Below are positions 1 through 9,401 of a stretch of 64,000 nt of DNA, piece after piece (within the stretch, counting starts at the first letter, position 1; every line of letters starts with the position of its first letter). Below the pieces are notes generated by a model. The model was not told where the DNA came from. It was given only the letters and a program-made list of their open reading frames with translations, and searched no databases. The position numbers were made by a program, and so were the translations under genes. The stretch spans positions 62,001 through 126,000 of IMG/VR virus record IMGVR_UViG_3300027668_000008; one strand, written 5' to 3'.

Positions 1-551
1 CCAAACGTATTAGGTTCTTGTAAATATCCTAATTCATATACTGGACAGTCGTACATAAAGTATCTTTGCTTTTCTTCGAAGTACAATACATTAATTAAAC
101 TGTGTGGCAAGAATGTTTCTTGTTTTCTCCAAAATTCTGTATCTTCAAATACAGGTATAAAGTGTACTGGGCAATCCCATACTTGAGCCACTATACATTC
201 AATTGCATGAAAGTTATATAACGAATAGTCCATAACATTCTTTACAGTTACATTGTCATCAAACACTCTCTTTTGTGCATCTGCATACCACGGGTCTGGG
301 TGTTGTGATATACAAAGTTCACTATTAACACTGATGTTTATAGTCATTCTGTTAATACTAGTAAATGCAATTATAACTGCTTCAACATCTTCGTCTGGAT
401 AATCAAGACTTGCTTCACTTACTTGATCTGTTATTTGTCTGTTACTGGCACCAGCTCGTGCAAAGTTTTTACAGTCCTTGTCTAGTAATTCGGGCCACGG
501 TGTGTGGTCTTGCCACTTTGCAGTCCAACTGTCACCAAACGTGAATATCAT
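1..551 (-). CDS. SGNH/GDSL-like hydrolase, 3'-truncated by window edge (not in ORF track)
   Basis: Manual translation from ATG 551 (ATGA overlap with upstream stop): MIFTFGDSWTAKWQDHTPWPELLDKDCKNFARAGASN...; GDS block I and N-x-A-x-x-G-x-S-N block II. Confidence 0.7.
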   Translation of the reverse strand, partial: MIFTFGDSWTAKWQDHTPWPELLDKDCKNFARAGASNRQITDQVSEASLDYPDEDVEAVIIAFTSINRMTINISVNSELCISQHPDPWYADAQKRVFDDNVTVKNVMDYSLYNFHAIECIVAQVWDCPVHFIPVFEDTEFWRKQETFLPHSLINVLYFEEKQRYFMYDCPVYELGYLQEPNTF

Positions 552-1267
552 GTTACATACTCTGTAAAGATACTTAACCCTGTTTTTTCTTCCATACCGT
601 TTTCTAAAAAATTACTAGCACAATGTAGTCTAGCACAATCAAATATAATAGCATCACCTGGTACCCAAGGGCATTCTGATTCAATACTAAAACCTTCTAA
701 CCATTCTTGTTTCATATGTCCTGTATCTGTATTAGGTATTCTATTGTCTTGATGTAAGTTATGTACTCCGGAGTATTCAAATATAGGCTCATTGCCTTTC
801 TCATACATTTGTGCTGAATCTTTATTCTTAAAACACTTTACTGGTCTATCGAAATACATTTGATCAAATATGTAAAATTTTGCGTCATCTAACATAGGAA
901 GTTGGTATGTTGTGTATACTTTTTCTAAAGGCAATACAATACATTTACCCGGAATAATAGCATGATCTTTAGGAACATCATTATGGAGTATGTGTGGTTT
1001 CCTTACTGTAAAGTAATTACCACCGAATGGTTTAATTTTTGCATCTAGTACACTTTCAACACGTTTCATTATGTTTTGATAATGATGATCACTTTTATGA
1101 GGTAACTTACTAACAACAGGACCTGTGTTCTTAAACACCTTCTCATGGTCCGGTCTATCTTTATGTATGTTTAGTAAGTGTATTTGTTCAACTTCGGATA
1201 AGAAGTTTTTAATTGTGATTGTCGGTGAAGTGTTGTCTATTATTTGCTGTTGTCGTTCGTTGAGCAT
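548..1267 (-). CDS. 2OG-Fe(II) oxygenase-like (PhyH-like) protein
   Basis: HxD (LHND) and distal His in W-x-PGDAIIFD-x-x-RLH. Confidence 0.65.
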   Translation of the reverse strand: MLNERQQQIIDNTSPTITIKNFLSEVEQIHLLNIHKDRPDHEKVFKNTGPVVSKLPHKSDHHYQNIMKRVESVLDAKIKPFGGNYFTVRKPHILHNDVPKDHAIIPGKCIVLPLEKVYTTYQLPMLDDAKFYIFDQMYFDRPVKCFKNKDSAQMYEKGNEPIFEYSGVHNLHQDNRIPNTDTGHMKQEWLEGFSIESECPWVPGDAIIFDCARLHCASNFLENGMEEKTGLSIFTEYVT

Positions 1268-1407
1268 TGTTTACATCTACACTGTTTGCAGACTTCAATT
1301 TGTCTGTATTCTGCTGGTTGTTCGCTAGGGTAGTCTTTTTCTTCTCGCCATAACGGACTTCCACAATGGCTGTGGTGTCCACAATTTTGACAAGAATTAG
1401 AAGTCAT
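1240..1407 (-). CDS. 55-aa Cys/His-rich putative zinc-binding protein (not in ORF track)
   Basis: MTSNSCQNCGHHSHCG...IEVCKQCRCKQCSTNDNSK; fills the gap between two co-oriented genes. Confidence 0.7.
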   Translation of the reverse strand: MTSNSCQNCGHHSHCGSPLWREEKDYPSEQPAEYRQIEVCKQCRCKQCSTNDNSK

Positions 1408-1413
1408 TGTAAC

Positions 1414-4113
1414 TTATAATCCTGATAGGTATTTAATTCTATCTAACTCTACACTCTCGTTTACATCAGCGGCTAGTTTTTGCTTGTCGCCTTCGAGTTC
1501 TTTAGCAAGAGCAGGATCGGCTTTGTATTTGTCCGAACCAGATATAAATCTTTGGTATGCTATACTGTTTACTTTTTTATCAGCAAGTGTTACTAACATT
1601 TGTTCCATTTCTTTAACTCCAATTGAGTCACCTGTGTATTCTGACACTGGTCCTTCTGTTTCAGCAACACTATGGTCACCTTTTTTATTCATCATACCAA
1701 ATACTAGGTTTGTTACTTTAATCATACCTGCTTTAGTACCCATCATGCCAAGTAACTTTGCTTGGTTTTGTGGATTAATCTTATCAAATACTTGTGTAAT
1801 AGCACTTGCACTATACAAGTCTACACTCATTTGTCCGTCTGCGAACTTAACAGGCATATTTTGCTTGTCTGCAACAATCTTTCTCAATGTATCTAATGCT
1901 ACATTACTATGTGTTGCTTGTTCATCTGGACTTGCTATTTCTGTAATTTTGTTTTGTGCATAATAGTCAATTATTTCTTGTGCAGTGTCAAACGATTCTT
2001 GTCCTGCTTCGCCAGTGCTTACCCAGAAACTATCTGAACCACTATCAAAACTAGCACCGCCAATTATTTCATCATTGTACATAATATGTATGTCATCGCC
2101 ATCGTCTTTAACTACTGAATACCCGTCTGCTTGTGCAAGTACGGCATCAATTGCTTCTGACTTAATAGGTAACTCAGGATCAAATGCTTTCCATTCATCA
2201 TATGTTAGATAAATGTCTGTGTCTGGATCGTAATACTTGCCTTCTTTAGGATCGTAATAAACAACTTTACCTGAACGTGTCATAATAGGACCTTCTAGTC
2301 CATCTCTTGCTACATACTTGGAAGGCATATCTGGAAGAATTGAATATCCTTCATCTATGTCTAACCAACTTTTATATTGTGAAATTTCTTTTTCATAAGA
2401 TGCTTTACCTGTGTCATTCATCTTTGCCATCATGTACTCTGCATACTTGATAGCCGCTTTTAAATCTTCTTTTGAAGAATCTTTACTAGGATTAATAACT
2501 TCTGGTGGACTTGTGCTTTCCATAGGTTGTCCTGCCATCGGTGCACTTAATGTAAACTGTCCATGTTTAACGTTACCTTGATGTTTAAACTGTGGTCTAA
2601 TAAAAGTCATATTAAACTTATATTTCTTTGCCGCAATACTCATCTGTAGTTTGTCAACAATCTTGCCTTGTGCATTTGTGATAACAATTACTGGATCTTC
2701 AACTCCCATTAATGTATCTTTAACTGCTTCATTTAATGAAGCACTGTAGTTTTTAATACGTTCGTACATATCTTCTGGTATCTCTACATTGATATCTTCG
2801 TTCGCTTTAACATAATTCTTAATCATCTTTTGTATATCGCTACCTGCTTTTGTATATGCTTGAGCAAACTCTTTTTCACTCATGCCCATTGCATCAGCAA
2901 GTCCAGGTTCGCCGTCACCACTATACATCATCATTAAATCTTTTTCCATGTCAGACATCATACCTTCGTCTAATCCTTCTAACATTGGGTAATATTTTTT
3001 AACTATAGCATCACGTTCAGCCATTTCATCACCGAGAATATGTCCACGTTGGTTATGAGCTTTCATAATCATTTCCATACGCTCTTGTTCATTTCTAGTA
3101 CCAAACATTCTTACAAGTTCCATTGCATTTTCTGTATGCATATTATAGTGTTCGTTTTCTTCAAATTCTTTTTTGCCAAATACATAAGGTATTTTAGCAA
3201 CACCTGTAGTATCTCTTGCTTCGTTTTCAATACTTTTTAATTGAAAGTCTGATAACTCTTGCATTGTGTCAAAAGGTCCACCTACCATCTTACCATGTCT
3301 AAATGCGTAAAACTTGCCTTCTTTGTTTACTGCTGTAAGTCCGTACTTGTTCATTTCATTCATTGCTTCAACAAATACTTCTACCATGTCATCGCCATTG
3401 TTGAGTCCACCTGGTGTAACTTGTACGTTTTTCTTACCCCAAATTCTAATTGCATCTTCCGGAGACATACTAGTCTGTTTCCAACGCTTTTCTTCTTCAA
3501 CTTTTTTAGTTTTTGGATTATCGTGTGTCCAACCCATGTCTTTCATATCTAAATGGTCTTTTTCTACCTTCGCCATTTTGCCTTCACCTGTTTTAGGATC
3601 GTACATCATGTGTGGTTTATATTCTTCTTCGGCGTGCATAGCCGCCATATGTTTCTTGTACTTTGCAGTACCTTTTTTATGTGGGCTTTTGCCTTCTTCT
3701 AAATCTGCACGGCTTATAAAGTCTTGAATTACATCAGCATCTAAACTTGTTAATAGTTCGTGCATTACTTTTTCATAACCATGCTTTTCGATCATGTCGT
3801 ATACTGGTTGTGTATAATATCCGCCTGCTTCAGTTACTATATCTTCGTTAGCACGTTTCATTGCGTTTGCTACACTAGGATGTTTTGATAGACCTTTTGC
3901 TAATTTCTCAATAGTTGCATGGGCACCATCATAATTACCATCTTTGTATCTTGGATCATTTAGAATTCCAAATGCCATTTTAATCTGTTTGTCTGTAAAC
4001 TGTGGTCTCATAGCCTTTGCTTGTGCCATGTTTTCTTCGCCTGCAGTTTCGACTGACATAGGCTTACGAGCTTCTAGTATTGGTTTGTTTTTTGCTATAT
4101 CAGTTAACTTCAT
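1414..4113 (-). CDS. 899-aa mosaic putative internal head (virion) protein
   Basis: String of short modules separated by hydrophobic-x-E sites; N-term MKLTDI..ILE; C-term ELDRIKYLSGL; in a late-promoter operon. Confidence 0.6.
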   Translation of the reverse strand: MKLTDIAKNKPILEARKPMSVETAGEENMAQAKAMRPQFTDKQIKMAFGILNDPRYKDGNYDGAHATIEKLAKGLSKHPSVANAMKRANEDIVTEAGGYYTQPVYDMIEKHGYEKVMHELLTSLDADVIQDFISRADLEEGKSPHKKGTAKYKKHMAAMHAEEEYKPHMMYDPKTGEGKMAKVEKDHLDMKDMGWTHDNPKTKKVEEEKRWKQTSMSPEDAIRIWGKKNVQVTPGGLNNGDDMVEVFVEAMNEMNKYGLTAVNKEGKFYAFRHGKMVGGPFDTMQELSDFQLKSIENEARDTTGVAKIPYVFGKKEFEENEHYNMHTENAMELVRMFGTRNEQERMEMIMKAHNQRGHILGDEMAERDAIVKKYYPMLEGLDEGMMSDMEKDLMMMYSGDGEPGLADAMGMSEKEFAQAYTKAGSDIQKMIKNYVKANEDINVEIPEDMYERIKNYSASLNEAVKDTLMGVEDPVIVITNAQGKIVDKLQMSIAAKKYKFNMTFIRPQFKHQGNVKHGQFTLSAPMAGQPMESTSPPEVINPSKDSSKEDLKAAIKYAEYMMAKMNDTGKASYEKEISQYKSWLDIDEGYSILPDMPSKYVARDGLEGPIMTRSGKVVYYDPKEGKYYDPDTDIYLTYDEWKAFDPELPIKSEAIDAVLAQADGYSVVKDDGDDIHIMYNDEIIGGASFDSGSDSFWVSTGEAGQESFDTAQEIIDYYAQNKITEIASPDEQATHSNVALDTLRKIVADKQNMPVKFADGQMSVDLYSASAITQVFDKINPQNQAKLLGMMGTKAGMIKVTNLVFGMMNKKGDHSVAETEGPVSEYTGDSIGVKEMEQMLVTLADKKVNSIAYQRFISGSDKYKADPALAKELEGDKQKLAADVNESVELDRIKYLSGL

Positions 4114-4114
4114 T

Positions 4115-4798
4115 TTATTTTTCCTCTGTAGATTCTTCGGTATTAATAGCAGTATCTAAATCTGCTTTTAATTTACCTTCAGAAGCAATGTGTCCCATTG
4201 CATCGTAATGTCCTGACTCTAGTGATTCGTAAGTACTTGACAAGTTTGTCACTACGTCCATTAATCCTGTAACATCTCCGCCAATGGCTTCAATCTTTCT
4301 TGCCATTAGTCCGTCTGCTCTAAATACTTTTTCCAATGAATTAATCATTGCTTGTGCCTTTTGAAACATATTATCAACATATGCTTCTTCAGGTGTTGCT
4401 TCTGTAACAACTTGTGCTTCTTTAAACTCTTTACCTTCTTCATGCGCCGTTTGTGCAAATGCTTCTACTACTTCGTCTGCACTAGCAAAGTCATCATTGT
4501 CAATAGTGTATGCATTATCTAATCTATCATACTGTCCACTAGCAACTACTTCTTCGTCAATATGCACATCAACATTAAAATGGTCTGAATGACTTTCTGT
4601 CATAACTAATTTAATATTGCCTTTTTGTGCAAGGATACTTTCATCTGATTTTGTTTCTTTATTAAACCTATCTAATATGCCACGCATATCATCAGCAGAT
4701 TCGTTCAAACTAGTTGTGTTAGTTTGTGGTGCTACTGTATAGTTGTCTTCCGACATCTCGTTAAGTTTATTTACTAGTGTTGCAAAATCATCTGACAT
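4115..4798 (-). CDS. acidic putative internal head protein
   Basis: LNE/VTE sites; same operon as 1414-4113. Confidence 0.55.
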   Translation of the reverse strand: MSDDFATLVNKLNEMSEDNYTVAPQTNTTSLNESADDMRGILDRFNKETKSDESILAQKGNIKLVMTESHSDHFNVDVHIDEEVVASGQYDRLDNAYTIDNDDFASADEVVEAFAQTAHEEGKEFKEAQVVTEATPEEAYVDNMFQKAQAMINSLEKVFRADGLMARKIEAIGGDVTGLMDVVTNLSSTYESLESGHYDAMGHIASEGKLKADLDTAINTEESTEEK

Positions 4799-4803
4799 AT
4801 TAA

Positions 4804-5157
4804 TTACCCTTTAATTGACTCTTCTGGTTGAATTGTAACCATTTCTGGTTCTGGTGCTTGAGTTGGTTCGTCAGCAATTACATCAATGTTAAGTTCGTCA
4901 CCTTGTTCTTGGTATTCCAAGTGGTGCTTAACACTACCCATGTAGTCTGCCGCTTTTGTAATTTTTGCCTGTACCCAGCCTTCAAGGCCTTGTTCTTCGG
5001 ATACGTTTTGTAACATTTTATGAAGCTCTATTGCATACTTGGCGATTTTATATAAATCCCCTTTAGCCATGCTAACTTCGTGATCTAATTCCATTGAACG
5101 TGTGTCAGAGGACAAATCTTCGTTTAATGTTTTGTTTTTAAAGTGCTTTGCTCTCAT
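4804..5157 (-). CDS. conserved phage protein, putative virion component
   Basis: DHEVSMA...LEGWVQAKITKAADY helical motif; N-terminal ..TLNE; TAAATA promoter upstream. Confidence 0.6.
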   Translation of the reverse strand: MRAKHFKNKTLNEDLSSDTRSMELDHEVSMAKGDLYKIAKYAIELHKMLQNVSEEQGLEGWVQAKITKAADYMGSVKHHLEYQEQGDELNIDVIADEPTQAPEPEMVTIQPEESIKG

Positions 5158-5187
5158 AATAACTCCAATATGCTTTGTACTATGTTG

Positions 5188-5193
5188 TATTTA
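5188..5193 (-). promoter_or_regulatory. T4-type late promoter (TAAATA)
   Basis: TAAATA 30 nt upstream of ATG 5157, with GGAG SD between. Confidence 0.65.
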
Positions 5194-5265
5194 TTCATTT
5201 AGAACAAATAAACTATCTTATATTAAACTACAATAGGTACTAATACACTGTAGTAAACAGTGGTA

Positions 5266-5493
5266 TTAAGCAAATATTGAGCTAACTTTTTGTGTGTAAG
5301 GCTGAAATTTAGTTTTCTTTTTACCTTTTGGGGTTGTATGCCCAAATGGATCTACTGCTTTACGAGCCTTTTTAGGACTAACAAACAATGGAAATGCAAT
5401 AGCGGCTCCTGCCACGTCAGCACTACTAGTAGCACCTGGTGTTGCGTCTTCTACAACATTGTTGTCTTGTGATGTTATTTCCCAAATTTTCAT
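5266..5493 (-). CDS. small putative internal head protein
   Basis: MKIWEI..VVE then ATPGATSS; basic C-terminus. Confidence 0.6.
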   Translation of the reverse strand: MKIWEITSQDNNVVEDATPGATSSADVAGAAIAFPLFVSPKKARKAVDPFGHTTPKGKKKTKFQPYTQKVSSIFA

Positions 5494-5498
5494 ATTAG

Positions 5499-5506
5499 TA
5501 TTTATA
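5499..5506 (-). promoter_or_regulatory. T4-type late promoter TATAAATA, probably leaderless transcript
   Basis: Full T4 late consensus 5 nt before ATG 5493. Confidence 0.7.
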
Positions 5507-5508
5507 CA

Positions 5509-6276
5509 TTAATGATGTTCAGTCATAGATAGTACTTTTAAGCAGTTTTCATATGTCTTTGGAACATTCATTACTAAATGAATACTTTCATCGCCCCAAC
5601 AGGCTGTTCTGTGTGTTTTTCTTGTATCCACATAGTAACATCTTCCTGGTTCGATATCGACTCGTCTATAGTTGTGTTCCCATTCGAAACTTCCGTGTCC
5701 TGTTGTGCCACTTAAGAATCCAACAAGTCTAAAACAATCTCTGCTTAAGAATGGTGCATCTCTGTGTGGTGGGAACCAACCGCCTTTGTTTAATTTTACT
5801 AGCATTGTTCTGCCTAGCATATCAAAGGCTTTTGTGATTGGGTGTAAAGCAGTTACATTATGAAATGCTTCAGTAGGGTAATGTAAATCAATTTCGTTAA
5901 TACGTTCGCCGTCTTTTTCTCCAAGACGTTTTCTAACTTCAGGCATACTTAGACTGTCACCGACACTGTCGCCTTCAGCACCTACAAGTAATAAACCTTC
6001 TCTATTGTTAGTGATACCTTCTCTGCGTAAGTAAGGTACCCACGAATCTTTGTACTGTTTCATTTCTTCTTTGAACAGTTTTAAATCAAAGTTAATTGAT
6101 AAAGGAACAAAGTCTCCAATAGCGTCTAACTGTAACTCACACTTAATGTCCTCTAACGTCGGCTCGGGCATAATGCCTTTGTTATAATGTCCTAGGTAGT
6201 TGGGTTGATGCTTCCGTTGTGGAACCCATTCAATCTTTTTACCATCTGATGTGAAGTCGTCGTCTTTGTGTGCCAT
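5509..6276 (-). CDS. AspH-like 2OG-Fe(II) oxygenase
   Basis: GGWFPPHRD (HxD), DTRKTH distal His, IHLV strand; sigma70 promoter TTGACT-N17-TATATT at 6304-6332. Confidence 0.7.
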   Translation of the reverse strand: MAHKDDDFTSDGKKIEWVPQRKHQPNYLGHYNKGIMPEPTLEDIKCELQLDAIGDFVPLSINFDLKLFKEEMKQYKDSWVPYLRREGITNNREGLLLVGAEGDSVGDSLSMPEVRKRLGEKDGERINEIDLHYPTEAFHNVTALHPITKAFDMLGRTMLVKLNKGGWFPPHRDAPFLSRDCFRLVGFLSGTTGHGSFEWEHNYRRVDIEPGRCYYVDTRKTHRTACWGDESIHLVMNVPKTYENCLKVLSMTEHH

Positions 6277-6341
6277 ATGGATTTGTTTCCTTATTATGTT
6301 ATTAATATACTAGGGATTGGGTAGAAAGTCAAGAAGAAAGT

Positions 6342-6833
6342 TTATTTTCTTTTCATTGCGGCAAATTTATCTGCTTGTGCTTTTCTGGCGGCTTTATCTT
6401 CAGCATCCATCTTGGCAACAGCCGCGTCTTTACGCTCCTGCGACTTAGGGTCTTCTGCCTTGGCTTTCTTTTTTTGCTTAGGGATACTCTTGCCACCATT
6501 ATAAGCGCCAGCCATCGCCGCTTGGTCTGATGCACTTGATCTTGCTTCGCCTACCTGTTCGCAGTCGTTAACTGTTTTGCCTTTATTCTTGCCAGTACCC
6601 GGTTTAGTGCCAACTTTTTTATATCCTGGCCAACACTTGTCTGGTCCCGCAGTTGCTTTTGCTTCATCAACGCCTTCAGTCTTTGGTGTCCACCAACTAC
6701 CTGTTTCGTCATTGCAATCATGTCCACAGTCTGTAGTAGGTTTGTGCATTTCGTCTCCACAATCCTTACATACCATTGTTTCTTTTATATTCTTAATCTT
6801 TGCGACTTCAGATAATAGTTCTTTAATTCTCAT
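6342..6833 (-). CDS. putative internal head protein
   Basis: MRIKELLSE N-terminus; CKDC..CGHDC and CWPGYKKVGTK..GKTVNDC modules. Confidence 0.6.
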   Translation of the reverse strand: MRIKELLSEVAKIKNIKETMVCKDCGDEMHKPTTDCGHDCNDETGSWWTPKTEGVDEAKATAGPDKCWPGYKKVGTKPGTGKNKGKTVNDCEQVGEARSSASDQAAMAGAYNGGKSIPKQKKKAKAEDPKSQERKDAAVAKMDAEDKAARKAQADKFAAMKRK

Positions 6834-7125
6834 TGTTTGTATCCTCGGCTACCTTAAAATTGTAAGCAAAGTTAATTTGCTTTGCTAACTGATTGCCCCT
6901 GTCTCTTTCGGTTTTCTTAGAGCTTTTTTTTAAATGGTTTGCTTTGGCTCTAAGTCTTTTTAAATCTGTTTTACTTATCTTGTCTCCAGCGCCTTTACCT
7001 AAGTAAGCCGCCGCTTTGCGTTTTAAACTTCCTGGTCTACTTCCTGGTTTCTCTGCTCCAGTAAAGTCTTCTAATAAACTGTCTAGTTCCTCGATGACCC
7101 ATTGTACTCTGTCTTGATAATCCAT
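6823..7125 (-). CDS. basic hypothetical protein, putative head protein
   Basis: Acidic leader ending LLE followed by a K/R-rich domain. Confidence 0.55.
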   Translation of the reverse strand: MDYQDRVQWVIEELDSLLEDFTGAEKPGSRPGSLKRKAAAYLGKGAGDKISKTDLKRLRAKANHLKKSSKKTERDRGNQLAKQINFAYNFKVAEDTNNEN

Positions 7126-7145
7126 AACAAGTCTCCCTGCCCTTA

Positions 7146-9401
7146 TTATTTATTTTCAGATAACTCACTAGCATCTACTAACCAAACTTTTGCTTCACCT
7201 TGTGTGCTAATAAGTCCTATTAGTCTAGTGTTACCTGCTACTAAGTCTAAACTTCCATTAGGTTGTTTTACTACAATTGGCATTTCAACTGTACCACTGT
7301 CCATTGCTTTTCGTAGTCTTGCAACTTTGTCTGGCTCTAAGTCATCTAAACTTTCACTACCGTCAGCACCTGTGTTGCTTATTTTCTTTACACTGTCTGT
7401 TGTTAGTGTAATTACTTTGCCTGTACTTGCAAGTTCTTCCCAACCCGTTTGTCCTAGTTTATTAAAGTATGTATAACGATTTGCTTCTTCCCATTCTACA
7501 TCAAATTGTGGCTTGACATAGTTAACATCTTCTGTAAGTCCTAAATTGAATAGTTTGTTAGGGTCACTGTTTTTTGCCGCCGATTTGTGTAGTAGTGGCG
7601 GACTACCTTTGCTGTCAATACTCATACCAAGTTTTTTTGCTTGTCTCTGAATCTCGCCAGGCTTAACATCATCAGTTGTATTCTGTGATGTAATTATTCC
7701 GTTTTCATTAAGATCTGCTTCAGTTACTACTGCTTGGTCACCGTAGTGTTTAAGATATAATGTTACCAAGTTACGCCAGTCTGCACCTTTTACAGTGTTT
7801 GCCACACTTTGGGCATAGTAACCTAAACTATGGTGCAATCCTTCTTTTTCTTTACGTTGTAGGATTGAATGCAATAGTTCTACTGCATATGCATATGTTT
7901 TCGGTTTAGTTATTTTGTTAATAAATCTAGGTATAGCATCAAAGGCATCATCACGTAAGAAACTATAATCGTTATTTTCTTTTAGCTCTGGATGATATTT
8001 CATTGTAACTTTTTTAGCATCTTTCTTAATAGATATACCGTCTACTAATACTTCTACTGGATATGTTTTAAACTCGTCATACCAATACGCCATGTCGTAT
8101 CCGCCGTCTTCTAGTAACTCTATAAGTACACCTCTGTCGTAATCTTTATCTTCTGCTTTGAGAACTTTAATTTTTCCTCTAGGTAATACTAAGTCTACAC
8201 CTTCATTATCTAAAGTTGCTTCTTCAACTTTCATTAGTTTACTAATGCGTGGTTTGAATAACTTTTGATCGCCTTTGTTAGTTTTTAATACTGGTTGATT
8301 GTGATCGTCTTTATCAAAGCCTTTAACTGTTGCTTTGCGATTCTTAAACTTACCAACCATCACTTCGTCACCAACATCTATGTTAGGAAGTTTTAATGTT
8401 TCTGCTTCGCCAATATAGTCATCTAATTTATCAATAGTGTGTTGTACATTAGAGTTTTCGTGCTTAATAGCAATGCCACCTGCCGCTGTCCAACTAGCAA
8501 TATTTTTGCCATAGTCGTCTATTAAACCATTCGGAGTACCGTCTGGTTGTTTAGCATACTTGGCTTTGTTATGGTCTAGTATAATTTTTTGTGGTGGGAA
8601 AGAACTTAGGTTCTTTTTTATCCATGCCATCTTCTGTGGCTTGGAATTAGCGTCTCCCGGAAGTGGAGCACTTAATATATTATATCTACCTTTATAGGCT
8701 TTAATTGCTGACAACAGTTGCAATGCATTACTTGTTAATGGCAAGTTAACCCAAAAGTTAGGCTGTTCTTTAATTTTGTTTAATGCTGAATCAACATCTT
8801 TAATGTCTTTCCAGTTGTTTACACCTACTAGTTTAGCCCACTCACCAAAAAAGTCTGCAAGTACACCGTCCATGTCTACATATAGTTCTGCAGTTTCGTC
8901 AAGTTCTTCGAACATATTAGTTGCTTCAACTACTACGTCACCATATAACTCTTGCCATGCTTGTGTGTTATCTAATTCTTCGTCAGTCCAACTAAATTCT
9001 TCTACTGTAAACTCGGGATTACTAGTTTTAAAATTCTTCTTACGCATTACAGTCTTTGCAATTAAGTCTAGTTCATTGTTGGCACTATCCCATTGTAAAA
9101 CGAAAGGTATGTTAACATCGGTTCTCATGTCTTTCATTACTGCTTGTGCATCAGGTCCTAGTTGTGCAATCTTCTTGCCATAGTACTTGTACTCTTGCTT
9201 AAAGATTCTAATAAGTTCTGCTACGTTGATTTGTTTTTCGTTGCGACTATCATTTACTCTGTCAAGGAAGTGTCTAGTAAACTCTACGTCTACTCCAACT
9301 TTAGCAAACAAACGGTCTGCGTAATCTTCTAAGGATCGCAAATCGCCTTGTGTGACTGGTAGACTTTCGTTGCCACTTTCTCTTAACCAACTATAGGACA
9401 T
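7146..9401 (-). CDS. multidomain protein: RNase-like domain + HAD 5'(3')-deoxyribonucleotidase + SH3/KOW-like + C-terminal ParB-like domain
   Basis: FTRHFLDRVNDSRN..LIAKTVMRK; LYVDMDGVLADF..LIDD; DVGDEVMVGK; MPIVVK..LVAGNTRL. Confidence 0.65.
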   Translation of the reverse strand: MSYSWLRESGNESLPVTQGDLRSLEDYADRLFAKVGVDVEFTRHFLDRVNDSRNEKQINVAELIRIFKQEYKYYGKKIAQLGPDAQAVMKDMRTDVNIPFVLQWDSANNELDLIAKTVMRKKNFKTSNPEFTVEEFSWTDEELDNTQAWQELYGDVVVEATNMFEELDETAELYVDMDGVLADFFGEWAKLVGVNNWKDIKDVDSALNKIKEQPNFWVNLPLTSNALQLLSAIKAYKGRYNILSAPLPGDANSKPQKMAWIKKNLSSFPPQKIILDHNKAKYAKQPDGTPNGLIDDYGKNIASWTAAGGIAIKHENSNVQHTIDKLDDYIGEAETLKLPNIDVGDEVMVGKFKNRKATVKGFDKDDHNQPVLKTNKGDQKLFKPRISKLMKVEEATLDNEGVDLVLPRGKIKVLKAEDKDYDRGVLIELLEDGGYDMAYWYDEFKTYPVEVLVDGISIKKDAKKVTMKYHPELKENNDYSFLRDDAFDAIPRFINKITKPKTYAYAVELLHSILQRKEKEGLHHSLGYYAQSVANTVKGADWRNLVTLYLKHYGDQAVVTEADLNENGIITSQNTTDDVKPGEIQRQAKKLGMSIDSKGSPPLLHKSAAKNSDPNKLFNLGLTEDVNYVKPQFDVEWEEANRYTYFNKLGQTGWEELASTGKVITLTTDSVKKISNTGADGSESLDDLEPDKVARLRKAMDSGTVEMPIVVKQPNGSLDLVAGNTRLIGLISTQGEAKVWLVDASELSENK

